A DNA stretch of 64,000 bases from Owenia fusiformis (lineage: Eukaryota), in contig CAIIXF020000001.1 of NCBI GenBank assembly GCA_903813345.2, forward strand, positions 15,314,001 through 15,378,000, written 5' to 3'. The first letter of the stretch is position 1. Every line of letters starts with the position of its first letter. A model generated the notes under the pieces. The model had not been told where the DNA came from, did no database searches, and saw only the letters and a list, made by a program, of their open reading frames with translations. The translations under genes and the position numbers were made by a program. This document shows positions 1 through 11,100 of the stretch, piece after piece.

Positions 1-162
1 CAAGGGTTTTTGGGGTAAAAAGCGAAAACTGATGATTCAGCAAAAACATTAAATTTGTTCATGAAAATTCCCCTTTTTGCCTCCGTCCAAAATATGTTTC
101 ACACTAATAAACTTCAATTCTGGTTGATTCTGAGTAGTTTTAAAAAATTTTGGTCACTTTCA

Positions 163-201
163 CATGTGACTAATAGGCAAAACTGCCCTAATTCACGTCA
201 C
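163..201 (+). repeat. Left arm of imperfect inverted repeat (spans the left CTAATAG junction)
   Basis: catgtgactaataggcaaaactgccctaattcacgtcac vs reverse complement of 617..653, catgtggctattaggccaaaatgccctaatacgtcac: 33/37 matches, 4 mismatches, one 2-nt indel. Confidence 0.92.
170..176 (+). repeat. 7-bp direct repeat CTAATAG, left copy (TSD, recombination core or microhomology)
   Basis: Identical to 640..646, exactly 470 bp away, equal to the L-S length difference. Identity does not extend to 8 bp on either side. Confidence 0.95.
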
Positions 202-639
202 CATACTAGTCAATGGGCAAAAGGGCAAACGCCTGACTTTTTATCTCGAGTTATGGATTTATGTGGCCTCACTGGCCTATCTGAGGTTCTAAAGCTATGT
301 CTAAGCTACATCTTGACACTAAACTCGATAGGGGCCAATCATCTACTTTTTGAAATAATTGGTCAATTGTGACACTACCCCCTCTCTCTGCAGACACAAA
401 TTGAAATTCACAAAAATGAAGGCAAAATTAATACGCCACTTGACTCGAAATTTTCCTTCAGATAACCCAAATAAACGCATTTTCAGAAGAAATGGCATGT
501 TGCCATTGCAAAAAGATTACAACTGTGCCTACATACTAGCTTACTGACTCGTCATGATCACATTTGTGTTGGGCCTACATTTATTTTTGAATACTACTTT
601 TTTCTATTCAGCGGAAGTGACGTATTAGGGCATTTTGGC
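177..639. mobile_element. Putative non-autonomous MITE-like element, 463 bp, with imperfect TIRs and a 7-bp flanking direct repeat; present in all 39 L monomers at about offset 177..639
   Basis: Left end gcaaaactgccctaattcacgtcac (177..201) vs reverse complement of right end gccaaaatgccctaatacgtcac (617..639): 21/23 matches plus a 2-nt indel. CTAATAG sits on both sides (170..176, 640..646), and S monomers hold a clean empty site with one CTAATAG. No transposase is encoded. The mobile-element call is an inference and the superfamily is not assigned. Confidence 0.6.
611..624 (+). promoter_or_regulatory. ETS-CRE-like composite motif GCGGAAGTGACGTA abutting the right inverted repeat (L monomers only)
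   Basis: Contains ETS core CGGAAGT overlapping CRE half-site TGACG, as in the GABPA/CREB composite motif CGGAAGTGACG of animal promoters. Motif match only, no functional evidence. Confidence 0.25.
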
Positions 640-653
640 CTAATAGCCACATG
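617..653 (-). repeat. Right arm of imperfect inverted repeat (spans the right CTAATAG junction)
   Basis: gtgacgtattagggcattttggcctaatagccacatg pairs with 163..201. Confidence 0.92.
640..646 (+). repeat. 7-bp direct repeat CTAATAG, right copy
   Basis: Identical to 170..176. Confidence 0.95.
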
Positions 654-1328
654 GTTGGATGATTTCTGGCTTTAAATTGCGTTTTTCCAATTTACTAGAG
701 TTTTTCAAGTAGTTTTGTGCAGTTTAAGAATATTCTGACAGCAATTATGAAAAATATGGCTACTTCATTACCCCTGGGGTCATTTTTCCAAGAACCCAAT
801 GGTTTTCCTTTAAATTTGACTAGTTTTTCATTTACATCATGAAATCCACTGCCTGATGGTGACATTTTTCAGTATCGTGTCAAGAATTTGAGTATTTTAT
901 TGCATATTGCAATTTTTAGCCAAATCACTGAACCGTGAACCAGAAAATTGGACAAATTTGACCCACTTTTTGGCAAAATCTTACTAAAATCATCACTTTT
1001 TCATACTTTATTCCATTCAACAACCTCCTGATTTGAAAAATGATGACAAATTTGATCAGTTTTGACTCTGGCCTAGAGAATTGGGACTTTTGAGATATTT
1101 TTAGCTCGAATGTAGTCATTCAGAGTGAACAAATACATCAAAAATTGACACTTAACTCACCAATTTCTGACTGCACCCCCGATATGTACCTTCTTTCTAT
1201 ACTGGAAACCATAAGATGGGAAATTCAATCTTTATGATGAATAGCAACTCGTTGGCTTCCCCATTTACGACAACAAATGACATTTAGGGGTCACTAAGGA
1301 CAAAATTGTAGCCAAATATCGTCAAAAT

Positions 1329-2186
1329 CAAGGGTTTTTGGGGTAAAAAGCGAAAACTGATGATTCAGCAAAAACATTAAATTTGTTCATGAAAATTCCC
1401 CTTTTTGCCTCCGTCCAAAATATGTTTCACACTAATAAACTTCAATTCTGGTTGATTCTGAGTAGTTTTAAAAAATTTTGGTCACTTTCACATGTGACTA
1501 ATAGCCACATGGTTGGATGATTTCTGGCTTTAAATTGCGTTTTTCCAATTTACTAGAGTTTTTCAAGTAGTTTTGTGCAGTTTAAGAATATTCTGACAGC
1601 AATTATGAAAAATATGGCTACTTCATTACCCCTGGGGTCATTTTTCCAAGAACCCAATGGTTTTCCTTTAAATTTGACTAGTTTTTCATTTACATCATGA
1701 AATCCACTGCCTGATGGTGACATTTTTCAGTATCGTGTCAAGAATTTGAGTATTTTATTGCATATTGCAATTTTTAGCCAAATCACTGAACCGTGAACCA
1801 GAAAATTGGACAAATTTGACCCACTTTTTGGCAAAATCTTACTAAAATCATCACTTTTTCATACTTTATTCCATTCAACAACCTCCTGATTTGAAAAATG
1901 ATGACAAATTTGATCAGTTTTGACTCTGGCCTAGAGAATTGGGACTTTTGAGATATTTTTAGCTCGAATGTAGTCATTCAGAGTGAACAAATACATCAAA
2001 AATTGACACTTAACTCACCAATTTCTGACTGCACCCCCGATATGTACCTTCTTTCTATACTGGAAACCATAAGATGGGAAATTCAATCTTTATGATGAAT
2101 AGCAACTCGTTGGCTTCCCCATTTACGACAACAAATGACATTTAGGGGTCACTAAGGACAAAATTGTAGCCAAATATCGTCAAAAT
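1329..2186. repeat. Short (S) monomer, representative copy, lacking the 470-bp module
   Basis: Reads ...catgtgactaatagccacatgg... at 1491..1512, where L carries the insert. S copies start at 1329, 4844, 11010, 14524, 18039, 20226, 21084, 23270, 24128, 30298, 36470, 37329, 48810, 49668 and 58500. Confidence 0.98.
1491..1511. other. Empty-site quasi-palindrome CATGTGACTAATAGCCACATG in S monomers
   Basis: CATGTG/CACATG and CTA/TAG are reverse complements around a central A, with one mismatched pair (A/C). Same junction in all 15 S copies. Confidence 0.9.
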
Positions 2187-5100
2187 CAAGGGTTTTTGGG
2201 GTAAAAAGCGAAAACTGATGATTCAGCAAAAACATTAAATTTGTTCATGAAAATTCCCCTTTTTGCCTCCGTCCAAAATATGTTTCACACTAATAAACTT
2301 CAATTCTGGTTGATTCTGAGTAGTTTTAAAAAATTTTGGTCACTTTCACATGTGACTAATAGGCAAAACTGCCCTAATTCACGTCACCATACTAGTCAAT
2401 GGGCAAAAGGGCAAACGCCTGACTTTTTATCTCGAGTTATGGATTTATGTGGCCTCACTGGCCTATCTGAGGTTCTAAAGCTATGTCTAAGCTACATCTT
2501 GACACTAAACTCGATAGGGGCCAATCATCTACTTTTTGAAATAATTGGTCAATTGTGACACTACCCCCTCTCTCTGCAGACACAAATTGAAATTCACAAA
2601 AATGAAGGCAAAATTAATACGCCACTTGACTCGAAATTTTCCTTCAGATAACCCAAATAAACGCATTTTCAGAAGAAATGGCATGTTGCCATTGCAAAAA
2701 GATTACAACTGTGCCTACATACTAGCTTACTGACTCGTCATGATCACATTTGTGTTGGGCCTACATTTATTTTTGAATACTACTTTTTTCTATTCAGCGG
2801 AAGTGACGTATTAGGGCATTTTGGCCTAATAGCCACATGGTTGGATGATTTCTGGCTTTAAATTGCGTTTTTTCCAATTTACTAGAGTTTTTCAAGTAGT
2901 TTTGTGCAGTTTAAGAATATTCTGACAGCAATTATGAAAAATATGGCTACTTCATTACCCCTGGGGTCATTTTTCCAAGAACCCAATGGTTTTCCTTTAA
3001 ATTTGACTAGTTTTTCATTTACATCATGAAATCCACTGCCTGATGGTGACATTTTTCAGTATCGTGTCAAGAATTTGAGTATTTTATTGCATATTGCAAT
3101 TTTTAGCCAAATCACTGAACCGTGAACCAGAAAATTGGACAAATTTGACCCACTTTTTGGCAAAATCTTACTAAAATCATCACTTTTTCATACTTTATTC
3201 CATTCAACAACCTCCTGATTTGAAAAATGATGACAAATTTGATCAGTTTTGACTCTGGCCTAGAGAATTGGGACTTTTGAGATATTTTTAGCTCGAATGT
3301 AGTCATTCAGAGTGAACAAATACATCAAAAATTGACACTTAACTCACCAATTTCTGACTGCACCCCCGATATGTACCTTCTTTCTATACTGGAAACCATA
3401 AGATGGGAAATTCAATCTTTATGATGAATAGCAACTCGTTGGCTTCCCCATTTACGACAACAAATGACATTTAGGGGTCACTAAGGACAAAATTGTAGCC
3501 AAATATCGTCAAAATCAAGGGTTTTTGGGGTAAAAAGCGAAAACTGATGATTCAGCAAAAACATTAAATTTGTTCATGAAAATTCCCCTTTTTGCCTCCG
3601 TCCAAAATATGTTTCACACTAATAAACTTCAATTCTGGTTGATTCTGAGTAGTTTTAAAAAATTTTGGTCACTTTCACATGTGACTAATAGGCAAAACTG
3701 CCCTAATTCACGTCACCATACTAGTCAATGGGCAAAAGGGCAAACGCCTGACTTTTTATCTCGAGTTATGGATTTATGTGGCCTCACTGGCCTATCTGAG
3801 GTTCTAAAGCTATGTCTAAGCTACATCTTGACACTAAACTCGATAGGGGCCAATCATCTACTTTTTGAAATAATTGGTCAATTGTGACACTACCCCCTCT
3901 CTCTGCAGACACAAATTGAAATTCACAAAAATGAAGGCAAAATTAATACGCCACTTGACTCGAAATTTTCCTTCAGATAACCCAAATAAACGCATTTTCA
4001 GAAGAAATGGCATGTTGCCATTGCAAAAAGATTACAACTGTGCCTACATACTAGCTTACTGACTCGTCATGATCACATTTGTGTTGGGCCTACATTTATT
4101 TTTGAATACTACTTTTTTCTATTCAGCGGAAGTGACGTATTAGGGCATTTTGGCCTAATAGCCACATGGTTGGATGATTTCTGGCTTTAAATTGCGTTTT
4201 TCCAATTTACTAGAGTTTTTCAAGTAGTTTTGTGCAGTTTAAGAATATTCTGACAGCAATTATGAAAAATATGGCTACTTCATTACCCCTGGGGTCATTT
4301 TTCCAAGAACCCAATGGTTTTCCTTTAAATTTGACTAGTTTTTCATTTACATCATGAAATCCACTGCCTGATGGTGACATTTTTCAGTATCGTGTCAAGA
4401 ATTTGAGTATTTTATTGCATATTGCAATTTTTAGCCAAATCACTGAACCGTGAACCAGAAAATTGGACAAATTTGACCCACTTTTTGGCAAAATCTTACT
4501 AAAATCATCACTTTTTCATACTTTATTCCATTCAACAACCTCCTGATTTGAAAAATGATGACAAATTTGATCAGTTTTGACTCTGGCCTAGAGAATTGGG
4601 ACTTTTGAGATATTTTTAGCTCGAATGTAGTCATTCAGAGTGAACAAATACATCAAAAATTGACACTTAACTCACCAATTTCTGACTGCACCCCCGATAT
4701 GTACCTTCTTTCTATACTGGAAACCATAAGATGGGAAATTCAATCTTTATGATGAATAGCAACTCGTTGGCTTCCCCATTTACGACAACAAATGACATTT
4801 AGGGGTCACTAAGGACAAAATTGTAGCCAAATATCGTCAAAATCAAGGGTTTTTGGGGTAAAAAGCGAAAACTGATGATTCAGCAAAAACATTAAATTTG
4901 TTCATGAAAATTCCCCTTTTTGCCTCCGTCCAAAATATGTTTCACACTAATAAACTTCAATTCTGGTTGATTCTGAGTAGTTTTAAAAAATTTTGGTCAC
5001 TTTCACATGTGACTAATAGCCACATGGTTGGATGATTTCTGGCTTTAAATTGCGTTTTTCCAATTTACTAGAGTTTTTCAAGTAGTTTTGTGCAGTTTAA

Positions 5101-8100
5101 GAATATTCTGACAGCAATTATGAAAAATATGGCTACTTCATTACCCCTGGGGTCATTTTTCCAAGAACCCAATGGTTTTCCTTTAAATTTGACTAGTTTT
5201 TCATTTACATCATGAAATCCACTGCCTGATGGTGACATTTTTCAGTATCGTGTCAAGAATTTGAGTATTTTATTGCATATTGCAATTTTTAGCCAAATCA
5301 CTGAACCGTGAACCAGAAAATTGGACAAATTTGACCCACTTTTTGGCAAAATCTTACTAAAATCATCACTTTTTCATACTTTATTCCATTCAACAACCTC
5401 CTGATTTGAAAAATGATGACAAATTTGATCAGTTTTGACTCTGGCCTAGAGAATTGGGACTTTTGAGATATTTTTAGCTCGAATGTAGTCATTCAGAGTG
5501 AACAAATACATCAAAAATTGACACTTAACTCACCAATTTCTGACTGCACCCCCGATATGTACCTTCTTTCTATACTGGAAACCATAAGATGGGAAATTCA
5601 ATCTTTATGATGAATAGCAACTCGTTGGCTTCCCCATTTACGACAACAAATGACATTTAGGGGTCACTAAGGACAAAATTGTAGCCAAATATCGTCAAAA
5701 TCAAGGGTTTTTGGGGTAAAAAGCGAAAACTGATGATTCAGCAAAAACATTAAATTTGTTCATGAAAATTCCCCTTTTTGCCTCCGTCCAAAATATGTTT
5801 CACACTAATAAACTTCAATTCTGGTTGATTCTGAGTAGTTTTAAAAAATTTTGGTCACTTTCACATGTGACTAATAGGCAAAACTGCCCTAATTCACGTC
5901 ACCATACTAGTCAATGGGCAAAAGGGCAAACGCCTGACTTTTTATCTCGAGTTATGGATTTATGTGGCCTCACTGGCCTATCTGAGGTTCTAAAGCTATG
6001 TCTAAGCTACATCTTGACACTAAACTCGATAGGGGCCAATCATCTACTTTTTGAAATAATTGGTCAATTGTGACACTACCCCCTCTCTCTGCAGACACAA
6101 ATTGAAATTCACAAAAATGAAGGCAAAATTAATACGCCACTTGACTCGAAATTTTCCTTCAGATAACCCAAATAAACGCATTTTCAGAAGAAATGGCATG
6201 TTGCCATTGCAAAAAGATTACAACTGTGCCTACATACTAGCTTACTGACTCGTCATGATCACATTTGTGTTGGGCCTACATTTATTTTTGAATACTACTT
6301 TTTTCTATTCAGCGGAAGTGACGTATTAGGGCATTTTGGCCTAATAGCCACATGGTTGGATGATTTCTGGCTTTAAATTGCGTTTTTCCAATTTACTAGA
6401 GTTTTTCAAGTAGTTTTGTGCAGTTTAAGAATATTCTGACAGCAATTATGAAAAATATGGCTACTTCATTACCCCTGGGGTCATTTTTCCAAGAACCCAA
6501 TGGTTTTCCTTTAAATTTGACTAGTTTTTCATTTACATCATGAAATCCACTGCCTGATGGTGACATTTTTCAGTATCGTGTCAAGAATTTGAGTATTTTA
6601 TTGCATATTGCAATTTTTAGCCAAATCACTGAACCGTGAACCAGAAAATTGGACAAATTTGACCCACTTTTTGGCAAAATCTTACTAAAATCATCACTTT
6701 TTCATACTTTATTCCATTCAACAACCTCCTGATTTGAAAAATGATGACAAATTTGATCAGTTTTGACTCTGGCCTAGAGAATTGGGACTTTTGAGATATT
6801 TTTAGCTCGAATGTAGTCATTCAGAGTGAACAAATACATCAAAAATTGACACTTAACTCACCAATTTCTGACTGCACCCCCGATATGTACCTTCTTTCTA
6901 TACTGGAAACCATAAGATGGGAAATTCAATCTTTATGATGAATAGCAACTCGTTGGCTTCCCCATTTACGACAACAAATGACATTTAGGGGTCACTAAGG
7001 ACAAAATTGTAGCCAAATATCGTCAAAATCAAGGGTTTTTGGGGTAAAAAGCGAAAACTGATGATTCAGCAAAAACATTAAATTTGTTCATGAAAATTCC
7101 CCTTTTTGCCTCCGTCCAAAATATGTTTCACACTAATAAACTTCAATTCTGGTTGATTCTGAGTAGTTTTAAAAAATTTTGGTCACTTTCACATGTGACT
7201 AATAGGCAAAACTGCCCTAATTCACGTCACCATACTAGTCAATGGGCAAAAGGGCAAACGCCTGACTTTTTATCTCGAGTTATGGATTTATGTGGCCTCA
7301 CTGGCCTATCTGAGGTTCTAAAGCTATGTCTAAGCTACATCTTGACACTAAACTCGATAGGGGCCAATCATCTACTTTTTGAAATAATTGGTCAATTGTG
7401 ACACTACCCCCTCTCTCTGCAGACACAAATTGAAATTCACAAAAATGAAGGCAAAATTAATACGCCACTTGACTCGAAATTTTCCTTCAGATAACCCAAA
7501 TAAACGCATTTTCAGAAGAAATGGCATGTTGCCATTGCAAAAAGATTACAACTGTGCCTACATACTAGCTTACTGACTCGTCATGATCACATTTGTGTTG
7601 GGCCTACATTTATTTTTGAATACTACTTTTTTCTATTCAGCGGAAGTGACGTATTAGGGCATTTTGGCCTAATAGCCACATGGTTGGATGATTTCTGGCT
7701 TTAAATTGCGTTTTTCCAATTTACTAGAGTTTTTCAAGTAGTTTTGTGCAGTTTAAGAATATTCTGACAGCAATTATGAAAAATATGGCTACTTCATTAC
7801 CCCTGGGGTCATTTTTCCAAGAACCCAATGGTTTTCCTTTAAATTTGACTAGTTTTTCATTTACATCATGAAATCCACTGCCTGATGGTGACATTTTTCA
7901 GTATCGTGTCAAGAATTTGAGTATTTTATTGCATATTGCAATTTTTAGCCAAATCACTGAACCGTGAACCAGAAAATTGGACAAATTTGACCCACTTTTT
8001 GGCAAAATCTTACTAAAATCATCACTTTTTCATACTTTATTCCATTCAACAACCTCCTGATTTGAAAAATGATGACAAATTTGATCAGTTTTGACTCTGG

Positions 8101-11100
8101 CCTAGAGAATTGGGACTTTTGAGATATTTTTAGCTCGAATGTAGTCATTCAGAGTGAACAAATACATCAAAAATTGACACTTAACTCACCAATTTCTGAC
8201 TGCACCCCCGATATGTACCTTCTTTCTATACTGGAAACCATAAGATGGGAAATTCAATCTTTATGATGAATAGCAACTCGTTGGCTTCCCCATTTACGAC
8301 AACAAATGACATTTAGGGGTCACTAAGGACAAAATTGTAGCCAAATATCGTCAAAATCAAGGGTTTTTGGGGTAAAAAGCGAAAACTGATGATTCAGCAA
8401 AAACATTAAATTTGTTCATGAAAATTCCCCTTTTTGCCTCCGTCCAAAATATGTTTCACACTAACTTCAATTCTGGTTGATTCTGAGTAGTTTTAAAAAA
8501 TTTTGGTCACTTTCACATGTGACTAATAGGCAAAACTGCCCTAATTCACGTCACCATACTAGTCAATGGGCAAAAGGGCAAACGCCTGACTTTTTATCTC
8601 GAGTTATGGATTTATGTGGCCTCACTGGCCTATCTGAGGTTCTAAAGCTATGTCTAAGCTACATCTTGACACTAAACTCGATAGGGGCCAATCATCTACT
8701 TTTTGAAATAATTGGTCAATTGTGACACTACCCCCTCTCTCTGCAGACACAAATTGAAATTCACAAAAATGAAGGCAAAATTAATACGCCACTTGACTCG
8801 AAATTTTCCTTCAGATAACCCAAATAAACGCATTTTCAGAAGAAATGGCATGTTGCCATTGCAAAAAGATTACAACTGTGCCTACATACTAGCTTACTGA
8901 CTCGTCATGATCACATTTGTGTTGGGCCTACATTTATTTTTGAATACTACTTTTTTCTATTCAGCGGAAGTGACGTATTAGGGCATTTTGGCCTAATAGC
9001 CACATGGTTGGATGATTTCTGGCTTTAAATTGCGTTTTTCCAATTTACTAGAGTTTTTCAAGTAGTTTTGTGCAGTTTAAGAATATTCTGACAGCAATTA
9101 TGAAAAATATGGCTACTTCATTACCCCTGGGGTCATTTTTCCAAGAACCCAATGGTTTTCCTTTAAATTTGACTAGTTTTTCATTTACATCATGAAATCC
9201 ACTGCCTGATGGTGACATTTTTCAGTATCGTGTCAAGAATTTGAGTATTTTATTGCATATTGCAATTTTTAGCCAAATCACTGAACCGTGAACCAGAAAA
9301 TTGGACAAATTTGACCCACTTTTTGGCAAAATCTTACTAAAATCATCACTTTTTCATACTTTATTCCATTCAACAACCTCCTGATTTGAAAAATGATGAC
9401 AAATTTGATCAGTTTTGACTCTGGCCTAGAGAATTGGGACTTTTGAGATATTTTTAGCTCGAATGTAGTCATTCAGAGTGAACAAATACATCAAAAATTG
9501 ACACTTAACTCACCAATTTCTGACTGCACCCCCGATATGTACCTTCTTTCTATACTGGAAACCATAAGATGGGAAATTCAATCTTTATGATGAATAGCAA
9601 CTCGTTGGCTTCCCCATTTACGACAACAAATGACATTTAGGGGTCACTAAGGACAAAATTGTAGCCAAATATCGTCAAAATCAAGGGTTTTTGGGGTAAA
9701 AAGCGAAAACTGATGATTCAGCAAAAACATTAAATTTGTTCATGAAAATTCCCCTTTTTGCCTCCGTCCAAAATATGTTTCACACTAATAAACTTCAATT
9801 CTGGTTGATTCTGAGTAGTTTTAAAAAATTTTGGTCACTTTCACATGTGACTAATAGGCAAAACTGCCCTAATTCACGTCACCATACTAGTCAATGGGCA
9901 AAAGGGCAAACGCCTGACTTTTTATCTCGAGTTATGGATTTATGTGGCCTCACTGGCCTATCTGAGGTTCTAAAGCTATGTCTAAGCTACATCTTGACAC
10001 TAAACTCGATAGGGGCCAATCATCTACTTTTTGAAATAATTGGTCAATTGTGACACTACCCCCTCTCTCTGCAGACACAAATTGAAATTCACAAAAATGA
10101 AGGCAAAATTAATACGCCACTTGACTCGAAATTTTCCTTCAGATAACCCAAATAAACGCATTTTCAGAAGAAATGGCATGTTGCCATTGCAAAAAGATTA
10201 CAACTGTGCCTACATACTAGCTTACTGACTCGTCATGATCACATTTGTGTTGGGCCTACATTTATTTTTGAATACTACTTTTTTCTATTCAGCGGAAGTG
10301 ACGTATTAGGGCATTTTGGCCTAATAGCCACATGGTTGGATGATTTCTGGCTTTAAATTGCGTTTTTCCAATTTACTAGAGTTTTTCAAGTAGTTTTGTG
10401 CAGTTTAAGAATATTCTGACAGCAATTATGAAAAATATGGCTACTTCATTACCCCTGGGGTCATTTTTCCAAGAACCCAATGGTTTTCCTTTAAATTTGA
10501 CTAGTTTTTCATTTACATCATGAAATCCACTGCCTGATGGTGACATTTTTCAGTATCGTGTCAAGAATTTGAGTATTTTATTGCATATTGCAATTTTTAG
10601 CCAAATCACTGAACCGTGAACCAGAAAATTGGACAAATTTGACCCACTTTTTGGCAAAATCTTACTAAAATCATCACTTTTTCATACTTTATTCCATTCA
10701 ACAACCTCCTGATTTGAAAAATGATGACAAATTTGATCAGTTTTGACTCTGGCCTAGAGAATTGGGACTTTTGAGATATTTTTAGCTCGAATGTAGTCAT
10801 TCAGAGTGAACAAATACATCAAAAATTGACACTTAACTCACCAATTTCTGACTGCACCCCCGATATGTACCTTCTTTCTATACTGGAAACCATAAGATGG
10901 GAAATTCAATCTTTATGATGAATAGCAACTCGTTGGCTTCCCCATTTACGACAACAAATGACATTTAGGGGTCACTAAGGACAAAATTGTAGCCAAATAT
11001 CGTCAAAATCAAGGGTTTTTGGGGTAAAAAGCGAAAACTGATGATTCAGCAAAAACATTAAATTTGTTCATGAAAATTCCCCTTTTTGCCTCCGTCCAAA

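Larger units (their letters stand above)
1..1328. repeat. Long (L) monomer, representative copy: 858-bp backbone plus 470-bp module (monomer phase is arbitrary)
   Basis: Identical copies at e.g. 3516..4843, 5702..7029 and 7030..8357. Confidence 0.98.

Noticed and set aside
4-15. GGGTTTTTGGGG (and TTTAGGGG at ~1283) as telomeric repeat or G-quadruplex
   Set aside because: Isolated single copies, with too few closely spaced G-tracts for a canonical G4.
55-372. 105-aa plus-strand ORF repeated in L monomers
   Set aside because: No recognisable domain. It crosses the cassette junction, is truncated in S and is frameshifted in some L copies. Its identity across copies only reflects DNA repeat identity.
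359-547. 62-aa ORF inside the cassette, as a possible transposase or recombinase fragment
   Set aside because: Too short, non-ATG start, no DDE or R-H-R-Y motif context, and frameshifted in the copies near 41.3 kb and 50.9 kb.
925-1119. 64-aa minus-strand ORF in nearly every monomer
   Set aside because: F/K/I-rich composition expected from AT-rich non-coding DNA, no recognisable family, and broken at ~43230.
1-1328. Tandem RNA-gene cluster (5S rRNA, tRNA, U snRNA, spliced leader) or rDNA spacer
   Set aside because: Unit size would fit, but I recognise no 5S, tRNA, U1/U2/U6 or known SL sequence on either strand. Sm-like AATTTTGG strings are expected by chance here. An Infernal/Rfam scan would be decisive.
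1-2186. Monomer lengths as nucleosome multiples (470 about 3x157, 858 about 5x172)
   Set aside because: The implied repeat lengths are inconsistent and no internal sub-period is visible, so this is numerology without MNase data.
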